Source: Candidatus Firestonebacteria bacterium RIFOXYD2_FULL_39_29
GTDB taxonomy: Bacteria; Oederibacteriota; D2-FULL-39-29
Direction of reading: 5' to 3'
NCBI GenBank assembly: GCA_001778375.1
Contig: MFGV01000084.1
Span: 858 to 64,857, forward strand
Length of the DNA: 64,000 bases
Position 1 is the stretch's first letter; each line of letters begins with the position of its first letter. Position numbers and translations under genes: made by a program. Shown here piece by piece: positions 29,322 through 39,405 of the stretch. Below the pieces are notes generated by a model. The model did not search any database and was not told where the DNA came from. It saw only the letters and a program-made list of their open reading frames with translations.

Positions 29322-30944
29322 TTATTTACTTTTTTCTGCCGGGTAATCCTGCTGAAGTATTTTATTAATTATATCAGGTTTATAATAAATATCTCTATAT
29401 TTTTCGGGACCAAAAAGGTCCATTCCTACCCGCCAAGCAATCAATTTTTCTCCATTCTCCGAGCAATTGTAATAACCTTCAGGAGTAAATGATACCCATT
29501 CAAAGCCTTTGCCAAATGTCGTTAATAGTAATTTATCTGTTACCAGATCGCGTATTTCACTTGTATCTCCACCTGTATATAATGAAAGGTATTTTGGGGC
29601 AAAACCTAATATTTTGGCTAATGTAAGATTATATTTATCTTCCGGCTGTATTAGCTTTCTTGAATTTATTTCCCAAATCAAACTAAAACGATGTGGACCT
29701 GAACCCTGTCCAGGATGGTGTGAACCTACGCCAAAATATTTATTATCAGAGCTGAAGAATTGCGTATAACCATCACACATCTCATCACTTTTAAGATTAC
29801 AAATTATTTTATCATTTGCAAATTCATATATAGAAATAGACACACCAGACGAATGATTCCCTATGGCATAATACTTACCATTTGAACTAAAGCTTAGATC
29901 ATAATCATAATGGATAATTTCTAGAGGTATTTTAATGGCGCGAACCAACACTCCGGTATCTATTTCTCGCACTTCTGTTGTATTGTTGCCAATATACAAG
30001 GCAACATACATCTCATTATTACTAATATCAGCATAATAACCATTAAATGTTTGAATTATTTTTCCGGTACTTATTTCAAAAACCTTAGCTTTTCCGCCTT
30101 CGTTTTCTAAAATCAAATACTTTCCGCTTGGACTTAACTCTGTCCTTAAAATATTACTTTCCTTCTCGGTAAATTCAAACATTTTTTTGCTATTGTCAGT
30201 TCTCCAAATATTTACCTTTCTTGAACTATTCATCACAATAAATTTGCCATCCGAACTATAAGTTGAATTACACATGTATTCGTACTTTTCGATATTTTTA
30301 CATAATTCTCCGCTATCTATATCCCAAATTTCAACTGCTTCTCTCACACTTCCGGTAGCAAGATATTTACCATCCGGGCTGATGCTCATAGAGTATATCT
30401 CGCTTCTTTTGTCATATCCTTTTAAACTTTTAATTACTTTGCCACTATCTACATTTAATATATTTACTTCATTAACATTTGCTACAGCAATGTACTTATT
30501 GTCCTTTCCAATTTTAAGTGACGAAGTACTTCCCCCAGGTAAATAATCAACTGTTGCATAATTTTGACTGATTGACTCAATGACTCTTTTGCATTCTTCG
30601 TTTTCTCTTAATTGCTTTTTACTTTTTAGATCCCAAATACCACCCCCAACAATATACTTCATATCCGGAGTAAATCTTACTGAATAAACAAGACTGAACG
30701 GTTCAAGATCAGCCTTGAAAGAATGCCACAATCGGCCCGTCTTGACTTCCCATATTTCTACCTCTCCCTGACTATTACTAGAAGCAAGAAATTTTCCATC
30801 CGGACTGAAATTAACCGAGAAAATAAGATGGGAAGGCTGTCGCTGCGGAATCAACTCAGGTTTTTCTTCTGCTGAAGTTAAAGTTACCAGTATGAGTAGA
30901 AATACAAGTAGAGAAAGGAATCTTATTTTGGTTATTATTTTCAT
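29322..30944 (-). CDS. Secreted WD40-like beta-propeller protein
   Basis: Signal peptide, then repeated ..SPDGKYLA.G....V.IWD..SG.. blades. 540 aa. Confidence 0.8.
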   Translation of the reverse strand: MKIITKIRFLSLLVFLLILVTLTSAEEKPELIPQRQPSHLIFSVNFSPDGKFLASSNSQGEVEIWEVKTGRLWHSFKADLEPFSLVYSVRFTPDMKYIVGGGIWDLKSKKQLRENEECKRVIESISQNYATVDYLPGGSTSSLKIGKDNKYIAVANVNEVNILNVDSGKVIKSLKGYDKRSEIYSMSISPDGKYLATGSVREAVEIWDIDSGELCKNIEKYEYMCNSTYSSDGKFIVMNSSRKVNIWRTDNSKKMFEFTEKESNILRTELSPSGKYLILENEGGKAKVFEISTGKIIQTFNGYYADISNNEMYVALYIGNNTTEVREIDTGVLVRAIKIPLEIIHYDYDLSFSSNGKYYAIGNHSSGVSISIYEFANDKIICNLKSDEMCDGYTQFFSSDNKYFGVGSHHPGQGSGPHRFSLIWEINSRKLIQPEDKYNLTLAKILGFAPKYLSLYTGGDTSEIRDLVTDKLLLTTFGKGFEWVSFTPEGYYNCSENGEKLIAWRVGMDLFGPEKYRDIYYKPDIINKILQQDYPAEKSK

Positions 30945-30972
30945 TTCCTATCCACCCCTCTGCTTTGATTTA

Positions 30973-31674
30973 TTACTCTTTTGGAATAGAATATTCCGTT
31001 TCCAGTACATTTATTATCTCTTTTAAATCTTCCGGGAACGGGGCACGTAGGTGCAGGGACCTGTGGGTTTTCCAGTACATGAACATCGCATCGGAGGAGT
31101 GCAGGGTCAGGCGCTCTGAAACGAGCGGGGCTCTTCCTTTTCTCGGTAAACTCAGGGCTTTTCTGTCACCGTAAACGTGGTCATACGCTAAAGGCCTGCC
31201 TATAGATGCCATGTGAATCCTTATCTGATGGGTACGGCCTGTTTTTGGCTCCACCTCTAAAAGTGTATATCCTTTAAATCTTTTTCTTATACGATAAAAG
31301 GTCAGGGACTTTTTCCCGGTACTTGAGATCTTTACTTTGCCTGAAGAACCCTTAAGAATAGGGAGAGTTACCTGACCTTCTTTCATAACTTCCCCTTTTA
31401 CAAGAGCAAGATAAAGTTTCCGCATTTTCAGATCCATTATTATCTCTGTCATCTTTGACTGCGCTTCGCGGGTTTTTGCAATTATCAAAACACCGCTCGT
31501 GTCTTTATCTATTCTGTGCACCGGAAAGACCTGCGCGCCTGCAAGATGCTCCATCGCCGCATCAATCGCCGATTTTTCTTTCGGATGCTTGTTGTCCCTG
31601 ATTGATAAAAGCCCCGACGGTTTATTAAAAACCAGCAGGTTATTATCTTCAAATATTATCTCCGGTATATTCAC
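30973..31674 (-). CDS. RluA-family pseudouridine synthase
   Basis: HRIDKDTSGVLIIAKT catalytic Asp motif and GRTHQIRIH, 233 aa. Confidence 0.9.
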   Translation of the reverse strand: MNIPEIIFEDNNLLVFNKPSGLLSIRDNKHPKEKSAIDAAMEHLAGAQVFPVHRIDKDTSGVLIIAKTREAQSKMTEIIMDLKMRKLYLALVKGEVMKEGQVTLPILKGSSGKVKISSTGKKSLTFYRIRKRFKGYTLLEVEPKTGRTHQIRIHMASIGRPLAYDHVYGDRKALSLPRKGRAPLVSERLTLHSSDAMFMYWKTHRSLHLRAPFPEDLKEIINVLETEYSIPKE

Positions 31675-32831
31675 TTGAATCCTTTTGGAGCTTTTTTGAT
31701 TTTTAACATCTTTCCGCCGCTTCTTATAGAATCCGTAGCCGTGCAGCCCACAGCCACGCTCATTCTTCCGGCAAGCGCCGTGGAAACGGGCTTTTTGCCT
31801 TTCAAAAGATAATCCAGAAAATCCTCCACGATTATGGAATCAGCGCCGAAATGATTACCTTTTCCTGTTTTTACTTTATATTTTATTTCTTTAACCTTGT
31901 CCATAAACCTGTAATTCTGTCTAAGCTTTACGATAACTGTATCCCCGTCGTTTAAATTCTCGATCCTGCCTTTTGTACCGATCAAGGTGTAATTTCTAAA
32001 ATACTCCGGGGCAAAATGGCATTGCAGATACGTAGCCTTGATCCCGTTTTCCAGCTCCATTATAACCTCACTGTTATCCTCGACATCCACTTCTTTCCGG
32101 AAACAACACTTGTTTATCCTGGAATAATCCGCTTCCAGGCAGGTTTTTCTGATCTTGCAATCCGGGCACCGGAGGTTGTTGGACTTGTTACCGCCGAAAA
32201 AATCCAGAGAACCAAAAGCGGAAACTTTCTTCGCGTACGAACCGGTCAGATAATGTATCATATCAATATCATGCGAGCCCTTCTGAAGGAGCAGAGAATA
32301 AGTATTTTTTCTTGTACCATGCCAGTCATGAAAATAGAAATGACCCCCAAAGCCCACAAAATGCCTTACCCAGGCTGCCTTAATATCTCCGATCTTTCCT
32401 GAGTCTATTATTTTCTTCATAAGTTTAAAGAGAGCCATGTGGCGCATGTTAAACCCAACCATTAACTTTACTCCGGAAGCTTTCCATGCTTTTAAAACCC
32501 GGTCGCATCCTTCAGTAGTGATCGCCATCGGTTTTTCCAGATAAACATGTTTTTTTGCCTTAAGCGCCGCTATAGTATACTCTTCATGCGTAAAATCAGG
32601 GGAAGTAATGACAATAGCGTCTATATCTTTTCTTTTAAGAAGCTCTTTGTAATTGGTTGTAATAAAAACATCCGGCCCCATTATCTTCTTAAATTCTTCC
32701 AGTGCCTTTAAACTGATATCCGCCCCACCGGCAACAACAGCCCTCTTTTTCGGCTGGTGGAACCACCTTCGAAGATCCTCCCCTCGCCCGGTGACGCCGA
32801 TTATTCCTATGCGAAGTATTTTATTGCTCAT
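31671..32831 (-). CDS. Gfo/Idh/MocA-family NAD(P) oxidoreductase
   Basis: Rossmann N-terminus LRIGIIGVTGRG, EKPMA motif, 386 aa. Confidence 0.85.
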   Translation of the reverse strand: MSNKILRIGIIGVTGRGEDLRRWFHQPKKRAVVAGGADISLKALEEFKKIMGPDVFITTNYKELLKRKDIDAIVITSPDFTHEEYTIAALKAKKHVYLEKPMAITTEGCDRVLKAWKASGVKLMVGFNMRHMALFKLMKKIIDSGKIGDIKAAWVRHFVGFGGHFYFHDWHGTRKNTYSLLLQKGSHDIDMIHYLTGSYAKKVSAFGSLDFFGGNKSNNLRCPDCKIRKTCLEADYSRINKCCFRKEVDVEDNSEVIMELENGIKATYLQCHFAPEYFRNYTLIGTKGRIENLNDGDTVIVKLRQNYRFMDKVKEIKYKVKTGKGNHFGADSIIVEDFLDYLLKGKKPVSTALAGRMSVAVGCTATDSIRSGGKMLKIKKAPKGFK

Positions 32832-32860
32832 AATCTTCTCCTTGTTGTTGTTTGAAAACC

Positions 32861-33016
32861 GTTAGAACGTTCCACGTTATCACGTTACTCACGTTCCAAA
32901 TTAATGTGTTATTATTAAATTAAAAACTTTTATTCTTAATATTTCTAAATTAATATTGCGGAGTGTTTTATTCCGCTTCATTAAATTGTCAATTGTAAAT
33001 CGTAATTCGTAAATTT
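32861..33016. repeat. Intergenic element: ACGTTNC heptamer arm, conserved core hairpin, CGTAAT heptamer arm
   Basis: GTTAGAACGTTCCACGTTATCACGTTACTCACGTTCC ... TTAATATTGCGGAGTGTTTTATTCCGCTTCATTAAATTGTCAATTGTAAATCGTAATTCGTAAAT. Confidence 0.85.
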
Positions 33017-33023
33017 CTTTTTA

Positions 33024-34724
33024 CTACTTTTTCCTCTTCATTACATAAACAAAATCCCTTGTATGAGGTTTCAAATAGCGTCCGGGTACTCCGTATAATC
33101 TGTCGTTTAAATGTGAGGCTTTTAAAATGAGCTCTCCGTTCTTTCCTTTTTTATACTCGCCTTTTTCATCTTTTTCAGGGGTGTAAACTTCACAGGCGAC
33201 ATTAACAAGGTTCATGTCCAGATGCATTGCTTCCTCCACCCCGGCAGCAAGCATGGCTTTTGCAAGCGTGTAAGCGGAAACTGAGTTACCTATCGCAAAA
33301 ACTGCTTTCTTATCTTTAGTGATCCCCAGTCCGGTACGCCAGACATAAATGCTTTTATTTTTATCCGCAGAAAGACCCCAGTACCTGTTCTTATCGTTAA
33401 ATAGCCCTTTTCTGATAAGAGATTTCAAGTTCTGTCTATAGGAGACCAGCGAAGCTGTTTCTTTTATATCCTCGCCCCAAACCCCTATGTTTATAGAGCC
33501 GTCGGCATACATTGCAAGTGTTTCAATATCTTTAACAGCGGGTAAAAGAACATCGCCGTCTATCATCATGCCGTAAGAGCCGTGAACAGCCTGGAACCCT
33601 CCGGAAAAAGCAAAGAGCAATCTTTTCCTGATCTCCTCATCCTCCGGTATTATTCCCTTTCCTTTTATTCCTGTTGTAGAAACAGGATGGATCGTACCGG
33701 CAACAGGAGTGAATTCCACCTGGCCGGCGTCAATATATAGAAGGTCCACAAGAGCGTAAGGCCTCTCGGAATCCGGCCTGAAAATAGTCCTTGCCAAAAG
33801 CGGATGATTTTTCTCGTCCCCCTCCGGCAGGGAAGTCGTAGTCCAGATACCTTCCCCTTTTAAAATATCATTTTTAATCACAGGTTCAATATTTTTTAAC
33901 GCCGAAGTTGCCTCGCCCTCTTTAAACTCACTCTTAGTACTGCTAAAATACCTTGTGGCCGAATAGATAAGACTGTCAAACCAATCCTTTACGGAAAAGA
34001 AAAACGCTTCCATATTTCCCACAGCTTCCGGCCCGATTATCCCCCTGCCAAAATTAACGCAGGAAGCAATCCAACTTTCTTCACCTTTAACCTCCGGAAA
34101 GTATTTTAATTCTCCGGCTTCCGGGGAAATACTCCCTTTTATAGGATCCAGGGAAGTTTCCTTTTTCAGCTCTTTAAGGAGATAATTTACCGAAAGTTTA
34201 AAACCTTTTTCTTCCCAGGTAAGCTGTATTTTTTTTACACCGGGCTTGAAGACAAATACTTTTTTATAACTTCCCGACGTTCTTATTGTGGTTATAGATT
34301 GAAAATTCGCGCCCATGGAAGTCGCGAAAGCCACCCAGCCGCTCTTCACATCATAAACACCCTCTTCGGCGTCGGGAGTTTTAGAGAGGTTGATAATATT
34401 TTTAACTTTTCTTATAACGCCTTTCGCATTTACTTTTAAATTTGCCGAATATATTTCGGCCGGAGTGCTCTCATCTTCGGAAAGGGAGAACACAACTGTT
34501 TTTGAAAAGCCCCTGTCCAAAGAGTAAAGATCTATCTTCTCGCCGGCTTCATCATATACGCTTTTTATCAGATGCTTTTCCGCCAGCTCGTTAAGTTTAA
34601 CGCAAAACTCTTTTTCCTGTTTTGTAGGAAACGCATTCTTTACGGCAAAGGAAATAACTGCAATAACTGCCGCTGCTATAATTCCTAAAAAAACAGGACT
34701 TTTTATAATTTTATTAAAATTCAC
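33024..34724 (-). CDS. Membrane-anchored protein with a C-terminal phosphodiester-glycosidase-like (DUF2233/NAGPA) domain
   Basis: N-terminal TM helix. C-terminal blocks FSGGFQAVHGSYGMMIDGDVL and AYTLAKAMLAAGVEEAMHLDMN resemble DUF2233. This is from memory of the family, not verified. Confidence 0.45.
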   Translation of the reverse strand: MNFNKIIKSPVFLGIIAAAVIAVISFAVKNAFPTKQEKEFCVKLNELAEKHLIKSVYDEAGEKIDLYSLDRGFSKTVVFSLSEDESTPAEIYSANLKVNAKGVIRKVKNIINLSKTPDAEEGVYDVKSGWVAFATSMGANFQSITTIRTSGSYKKVFVFKPGVKKIQLTWEEKGFKLSVNYLLKELKKETSLDPIKGSISPEAGELKYFPEVKGEESWIASCVNFGRGIIGPEAVGNMEAFFFSVKDWFDSLIYSATRYFSSTKSEFKEGEATSALKNIEPVIKNDILKGEGIWTTTSLPEGDEKNHPLLARTIFRPDSERPYALVDLLYIDAGQVEFTPVAGTIHPVSTTGIKGKGIIPEDEEIRKRLLFAFSGGFQAVHGSYGMMIDGDVLLPAVKDIETLAMYADGSINIGVWGEDIKETASLVSYRQNLKSLIRKGLFNDKNRYWGLSADKNKSIYVWRTGLGITKDKKAVFAIGNSVSAYTLAKAMLAAGVEEAMHLDMNLVNVACEVYTPEKDEKGEYKKGKNGELILKASHLNDRLYGVPGRYLKPHTRDFVYVMKRKK

Positions 34725-34785
34725 AGCATTCCTTTCGTTATAGAATATTCACCCCTGAACCATTCGTCAAAACTCAGGTACAGGG

Positions 34786-36024
34786 TCATAAAAACACCAT
34801 ACGTCCTTCTTTTCTGCTTTTTTCTGCCGCAAAACCTATCAGATGACTGTCCAGGGACGATTCAAGCGACGAGGAGAGAAGTTTGGGATTATTTTGCCGC
34901 ACGGCTTTAATAAATTCTTCCGTAAGGCCAAAATCCCCGCCTCCATGCCCGCTTTCCGCGCCCAGTCCCGGCACAATAGTATCGTAAGTTTTATTATAAC
35001 CCGTAAAATCCGCAACCTTAATATACCTGGAATCCCCGATAAGTTCGCCTTTTGTGCCCATTATCCTTATCCTTCTTCCTGTAAGGCCCGTGCCAAATCC
35101 GGCAAGAGTAAAAGAAGCCGTGGCATTCCCTTCAAACTCCATAGAAACCACCTGGTGATCAACAACATTATTATCGCAACGATAAACACACCTGCCGTAG
35201 GGCCCTTCTCTGAGAGCTTTTAATCTCCCCTCTTTTGAAAGGTCTGTAGAGATCATGCTTATAGGCCATCCTGTCTGCTTCGGGTTCATATAGATCTTCA
35301 GGGCCGAATGCGGGCATTTCTTTTCCACCTTACAGCCGCCGGTGCACTTTGCTGTACTTCCCTTTGGCGCATTTTCTTTGCGATAGTACGTTAACGACCC
35401 GAAAGATGAGACCTTTTTGCATTTTTTTCCCATAAGCCAGCGGATAATATCCAGATCATGGGAGGACTTTGAAAAGATCATCGGCGACGAAACTTTTGTA
35501 CTTCTCCAGTTACCCCGGACAAAACTATGGTCCATATGCCAGTACGATGCAGGTTCAATATGCTCTATGGTAATGATCCCGCCTATCTTACCGGAATCAA
35601 CTATCTCTTTTATAGTTTTGAAAAATTTAGTATAGCGCAATACATAGCAAAGACCGAAAACTTTTTTATATTTTTTTGAAAGCGCCGTCATTTTTTTGCA
35701 CTCGCTTTCTTTGGGCGACATAGGCTTTTCCATAAGGATATGATACCCTTTTTTAAAAGCCGCCATGAACGGGGCAAAATGCATATCATCTTTTGTGCAA
35801 ATAATAACTACATCGGCAAATTTCTTGGCTTTAAAAACATCTTTCCAGTCATTAAAGGCATATTTCTTGTCAATATTATGTTTTTTCAGAAAAAGTTCCA
35901 GAAAGTCAGGCCTGGGTTCCGCTACGCCGACAATTTCCATTTCATCGGGACGGGAAAGACTGAAGCTCGAATATACGCCGCCTCTGGCTCCCGCTCCAAT
36001 TATTATTGCTTTTACCGGTTTCAT
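34786..36024 (-). CDS. Gfo/Idh/MocA-family NAD(P) oxidoreductase
   Basis: VKAIIIGAGARG Rossmann N-terminus, EKPMS motif, 412 aa. Confidence 0.85.
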   Translation of the reverse strand: MKPVKAIIIGAGARGGVYSSFSLSRPDEMEIVGVAEPRPDFLELFLKKHNIDKKYAFNDWKDVFKAKKFADVVIICTKDDMHFAPFMAAFKKGYHILMEKPMSPKESECKKMTALSKKYKKVFGLCYVLRYTKFFKTIKEIVDSGKIGGIITIEHIEPASYWHMDHSFVRGNWRSTKVSSPMIFSKSSHDLDIIRWLMGKKCKKVSSFGSLTYYRKENAPKGSTAKCTGGCKVEKKCPHSALKIYMNPKQTGWPISMISTDLSKEGRLKALREGPYGRCVYRCDNNVVDHQVVSMEFEGNATASFTLAGFGTGLTGRRIRIMGTKGELIGDSRYIKVADFTGYNKTYDTIVPGLGAESGHGGGDFGLTEEFIKAVRQNNPKLLSSSLESSLDSHLIGFAAEKSRKEGRMVFL

Positions 36025-37250
36025 TATCTCTCCTGCTTTAGTAAAGTTTTAAGATCTATAGTTTTTATATTTAAAAAATTATCATAATCACTTTCTTTAT
36101 CGGAAAACTCTTCTCTTATTTCCGCAATCTTTTTCATGTTTTCCAGAAGCAACTCTATAAGTACGGGATCAAAATGCGTGCCCTTGCCTTCTTTCAGAAT
36201 AGAAATAACTTTTTCTTCCGGCATCGGCGGTTTGTAAACTCTTTTACTGGAAAGGGCGTCGTAAACATCGGCCAGCGCTACAATCCTGCCTTCCAACGGA
36301 ATATCTTCGCCTTTTATTTTTTGCGGATAACCGGTGCCGTCATATTTTTCATGATGAGTAAGCGCGACTATCCTGGATTTTGCAATTACGGGAATGGAGG
36401 AGTCTTTAAGTACTAAAGCACCTATAACAGTATGCTGTTCCATTACTGCTCTTTCTTCCGGTGTTAAAGGCCCCGGTTTTTGTAAAATAGCATCAGGAAT
36501 GCCAAGTTTTCCTATATCATGCATGGGAGAGGACCAGAATATTAGTTCACACGCCTCCGGGCTCCATCCGAGTTTTTCGGAAAGAAGACGAGAATAATGG
36601 CTCACCCTTTTAATATGGTTTGCTGTTTCCTTATCTCTGCACTCTGCCGCTTCTGAAAGGCGGAATATTGTGTCAAAATGGGCATTTTTAAGATCTTCAT
36701 TCAGTTCCGCATTTGCAATAGAGATTGCCGCCTGGGAAGAGAAAGATGAAATAATCTTCTCGTGAGAAGTTTTAAAAGCAACGGGGTGACCGTTTTCCAT
36801 TGAATTAATAAGCTGTAACACCCCGGTAACCTCACCGTCCCTATTAATCATAGGAATAACAAGCATGGATACCGTATCGTACCCGTATTTTTTGTCAAAA
36901 GCAGGGTCATAGCTGTAATCTGCGGAAGAAGGAATATTTTTCACATCCGAAATATTAAGAAGCTTACCGGTAACCACCGTATACCCCGCCATGCTTTTCT
37001 TGGTGACCGGTATTACAAAAGTCTTTACTATTTCTTTCATTTTTTCTGGACCAAATTTCTCAAGGAGGGTTTTATTACGGCTGGCCTTAAATATCATTTT
37101 ATCTTTCTTTACAAGGTAAATAGAGCCCCCATCAGCTCCCGTGACCTCCTGCGCCTTTGAAAGTATCTTATCCAAAAGCTTGGAAAGGTCATGCTCACTG
37201 GAAAGCGCTATCCCTATATCTAGTATTTCCTGAAAATCCTTTTCATTCAT
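36024..37250 (-). CDS. GAF + HD-GYP domain protein (putative c-di-GMP phosphodiesterase)
   Basis: HDIGKLGIPDAILQKPGPLTPEE and HHEKYDGTGYP motifs with an N-terminal GAF-like region, 408 aa. Confidence 0.85.
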   Translation of the reverse strand: MNEKDFQEILDIGIALSSEHDLSKLLDKILSKAQEVTGADGGSIYLVKKDKMIFKASRNKTLLEKFGPEKMKEIVKTFVIPVTKKSMAGYTVVTGKLLNISDVKNIPSSADYSYDPAFDKKYGYDTVSMLVIPMINRDGEVTGVLQLINSMENGHPVAFKTSHEKIISSFSSQAAISIANAELNEDLKNAHFDTIFRLSEAAECRDKETANHIKRVSHYSRLLSEKLGWSPEACELIFWSSPMHDIGKLGIPDAILQKPGPLTPEERAVMEQHTVIGALVLKDSSIPVIAKSRIVALTHHEKYDGTGYPQKIKGEDIPLEGRIVALADVYDALSSKRVYKPPMPEEKVISILKEGKGTHFDPVLIELLLENMKKIAEIREEFSDKESDYDNFLNIKTIDLKTLLKQER

Positions 37251-37320
37251 ATAAATGTATAATACAATAAAGAGGTAAATAATACAATGTCAAAAGGCTC
37301 AAAGGCTCAAATCTTTGAGC

Positions 37321-37385
37321 CTGATGACACATCCGCCAATCATTTAGGGCGGATCCTTCGAAGAGATTTAAATGAGATGACACAG
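37321..37385 (+). repeat. CCGCC-hairpin dispersed repeat, full-length copy R4
   Basis: CTGATGACACATCCGCCAATCATTTAGGGCGGATCCTTCGAAGAGATTTAAATGAGATGACACAG. Confidence 0.85.
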
Positions 37386-37500
37386 ATGAAAATACAGAGA
37401 TAAAGTAATTTGTTTATAACGTTATGCTAAAGAAAATCTTGAGAGACTCACTTAAACTTTGTCAATAGGCAGGTACTGTTTCCTTAAAAGTATTTACGAT

Positions 37501-37851
37501 TTAGCGGACTGCTTTATCATTTTTCTTCTTATTGTGATTATCTCTAATTATTAAGATTATAGCTGCTATAGAATATATAGATCCCATGACCACTATTAAC
37601 AATATATTATTTTTGGGATGTTTCCAATCTACCATTGATAAGGTCATGACAGCAAAAATTCCCCATACAACAATATTTTTAATAATTATTGGTATATTTT
37701 GAGGTTTTTTTCTTCCAAATAAAAATGCAATAGCTATAACCAATAGTATAAAAATATTATAAATTCCAAAAGCCCACCACATAAACCAAACAAATAGACC
37801 AACTATAAGAAGAGAAAATATAATACCTATTGTTTTCCATATTAAATTCAA
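37501..37851 (-). CDS. Small membrane protein, unknown function
   Basis: 116 aa with four predicted TM helices. No recognizable motif. Confidence 0.45.
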   Translation of the reverse strand: MNLIWKTIGIIFSLLIVGLFVWFMWWAFGIYNIFILLVIAIAFLFGRKKPQNIPIIIKNIVVWGIFAVMTLSMVDWKHPKNNILLIVVMGSIYSIAAIILIIRDNHNKKKNDKAVR

Positions 37852-37988
37852 ATTATTTTTCCTTATTTAATATAATTTACGGTAATTCCGCCACCTTGTT
37901 CCAATCCATTCCGCCGGGCCAATAAACCGCTACTTACTTTATTTAGCAAAATTTTATTATAGCTTTAATCTCCAGAGACAGCACCTGC

Positions 37989-39404
37989 TTAATTCTTTAA
38001 GCTCAGTTTTGCTTTGATATACTGGTCCATGCTTTTGGCGGCTTTTTTGCCGGCGCCCATGGCGGCGATTACTGTGGCGGCACCTGTGGCGATGTCTCCG
38101 CCGGCGTAAACTCCGGGGACTGAGGTTTCTCCGGTCTCTTCGTTGGTTATGATATTTCCGTGCCTGCCTAATTTTAATTCGGGCATGGATTGAGGGATCA
38201 AAGGATTCGGGGATTGGCCGATGGCTGAAACTACCGTGTCCATCTCCATGATATATTCAGAGCCCGGTATCGGGACGGGGCGCCTTCTGCCGGAAGCATC
38301 AGGTTCGCCCAATTGGCATTTTATTACTTTAAGACCTGTAACCCTGCCGGTTTTTTCATCGCCCAGCACTTCCACCGGGGCTGTTAGTAAATGAAGTTTT
38401 ACCCCTTCTTCAACGGCGTTCTCTATCTCTTCCTTCCTTGCGGGCATTTCTTCTTCGCTTCTTCTATATACTATATATACTTCTTTTGCGCCGAGGCGGA
38501 GAGAGCATCTCGCGGCATCCATTGCTACATTTCCCGCGCCTACCACCGCTACTTTACTGCCTATTCTGACGGGTGTATCCGTCTCGGGAAATTTATATGC
38601 TTGCATAAGGTTAATTCTCGTTAAATATTCATTTGCGGAGTAAACTCCTGCCAGGTTTTCCCCCGGAACTCCGAGGAAAGAAGGAAGGCCTGCGCCTGCT
38701 CCAATAAAAACAGCGGAAAACCCCTGTTTGAAAAGTTCGGTTACCGGAATAGTTTTACCCACAAGCACGTTGGTGATTATTTTTACCCCGAGCTTTTTAA
38801 GGTAATCTATCTCTATATCCAGTATTTCTTTCGGCAGTCTGAACTGCGGAATGCCGTAACGGAGCACGCCGCCTGTCGCGTGAAGGGATTCATATATAGT
38901 AACATCATATCCGAGCATTGCCAGATCTCCCGCGCACGTAAGACCTGCAGGGCCGGAGCCGGCAATTACCACCTTTGCGATCTTTTTTTCAGGAAGTTTT
39001 ACTACATTCTTCTCAATACTTCCGGACTGCCGTTCTACATCGGCAACAAACCGTTCCAGACGGCCTATTCCCACCGGCTCATTTTTTTTACCCACTATAC
39101 ATTTCAGCTCGCACTGCTCTTCCTGCGGGCAAACCCGGCCGCAGACCGCCGGCAGGGAGTTTGTTCCTTTTATTTTTTTCGCAGCTTCATTATATTTTTT
39201 TTCACTTACAAGTTTTATGAACGCAGGAATATCAACATTTACCGGGCACCCTTCCACGCAAAAAGGTTTTTTGCACTGCAGGCACCGGGCGGCTTCTTTT
39301 AACGCGTCTGCTTCATTGTAGCCAAGCGCCACTTCATCAAAATTTTTCACCCGTTTTTCCGGGGCTTGCTTTAGCATATCTGTTTTTTTAGGATTAATAG
39401 GCAT
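37989..39404 (-). CDS. nfnB: NADPH-dependent glutamate-synthase-small-subunit-like oxidoreductase (NfnB/SudA type)
   Basis: N-terminal Cys clusters CLQCKKPFCVEGCP / CGRVCPQEEQCELKC and two dinucleotide folds (IAGSGPAGL, VVGAGNVAMD). 471 aa. Confidence 0.8.
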   Translation of the reverse strand: MPINPKKTDMLKQAPEKRVKNFDEVALGYNEADALKEAARCLQCKKPFCVEGCPVNVDIPAFIKLVSEKKYNEAAKKIKGTNSLPAVCGRVCPQEEQCELKCIVGKKNEPVGIGRLERFVADVERQSGSIEKNVVKLPEKKIAKVVIAGSGPAGLTCAGDLAMLGYDVTIYESLHATGGVLRYGIPQFRLPKEILDIEIDYLKKLGVKIITNVLVGKTIPVTELFKQGFSAVFIGAGAGLPSFLGVPGENLAGVYSANEYLTRINLMQAYKFPETDTPVRIGSKVAVVGAGNVAMDAARCSLRLGAKEVYIVYRRSEEEMPARKEEIENAVEEGVKLHLLTAPVEVLGDEKTGRVTGLKVIKCQLGEPDASGRRRPVPIPGSEYIMEMDTVVSAIGQSPNPLIPQSMPELKLGRHGNIITNEETGETSVPGVYAGGDIATGAATVIAAMGAGKKAAKSMDQYIKAKLSLKN

Positions 39405-39405
39405 A

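Noticed and set aside
32983-33016. AAATCGTAATTCGTAAAT considered as a Zur/Fur-type box (compare AAATCGTAAT-N-ATTACGATTT)
   Set aside because: It is a direct heptamer repeat, not a palindrome, and no metal-homeostasis gene is adjacent. The ZIP gene upstream region (45230-45440) has different words.
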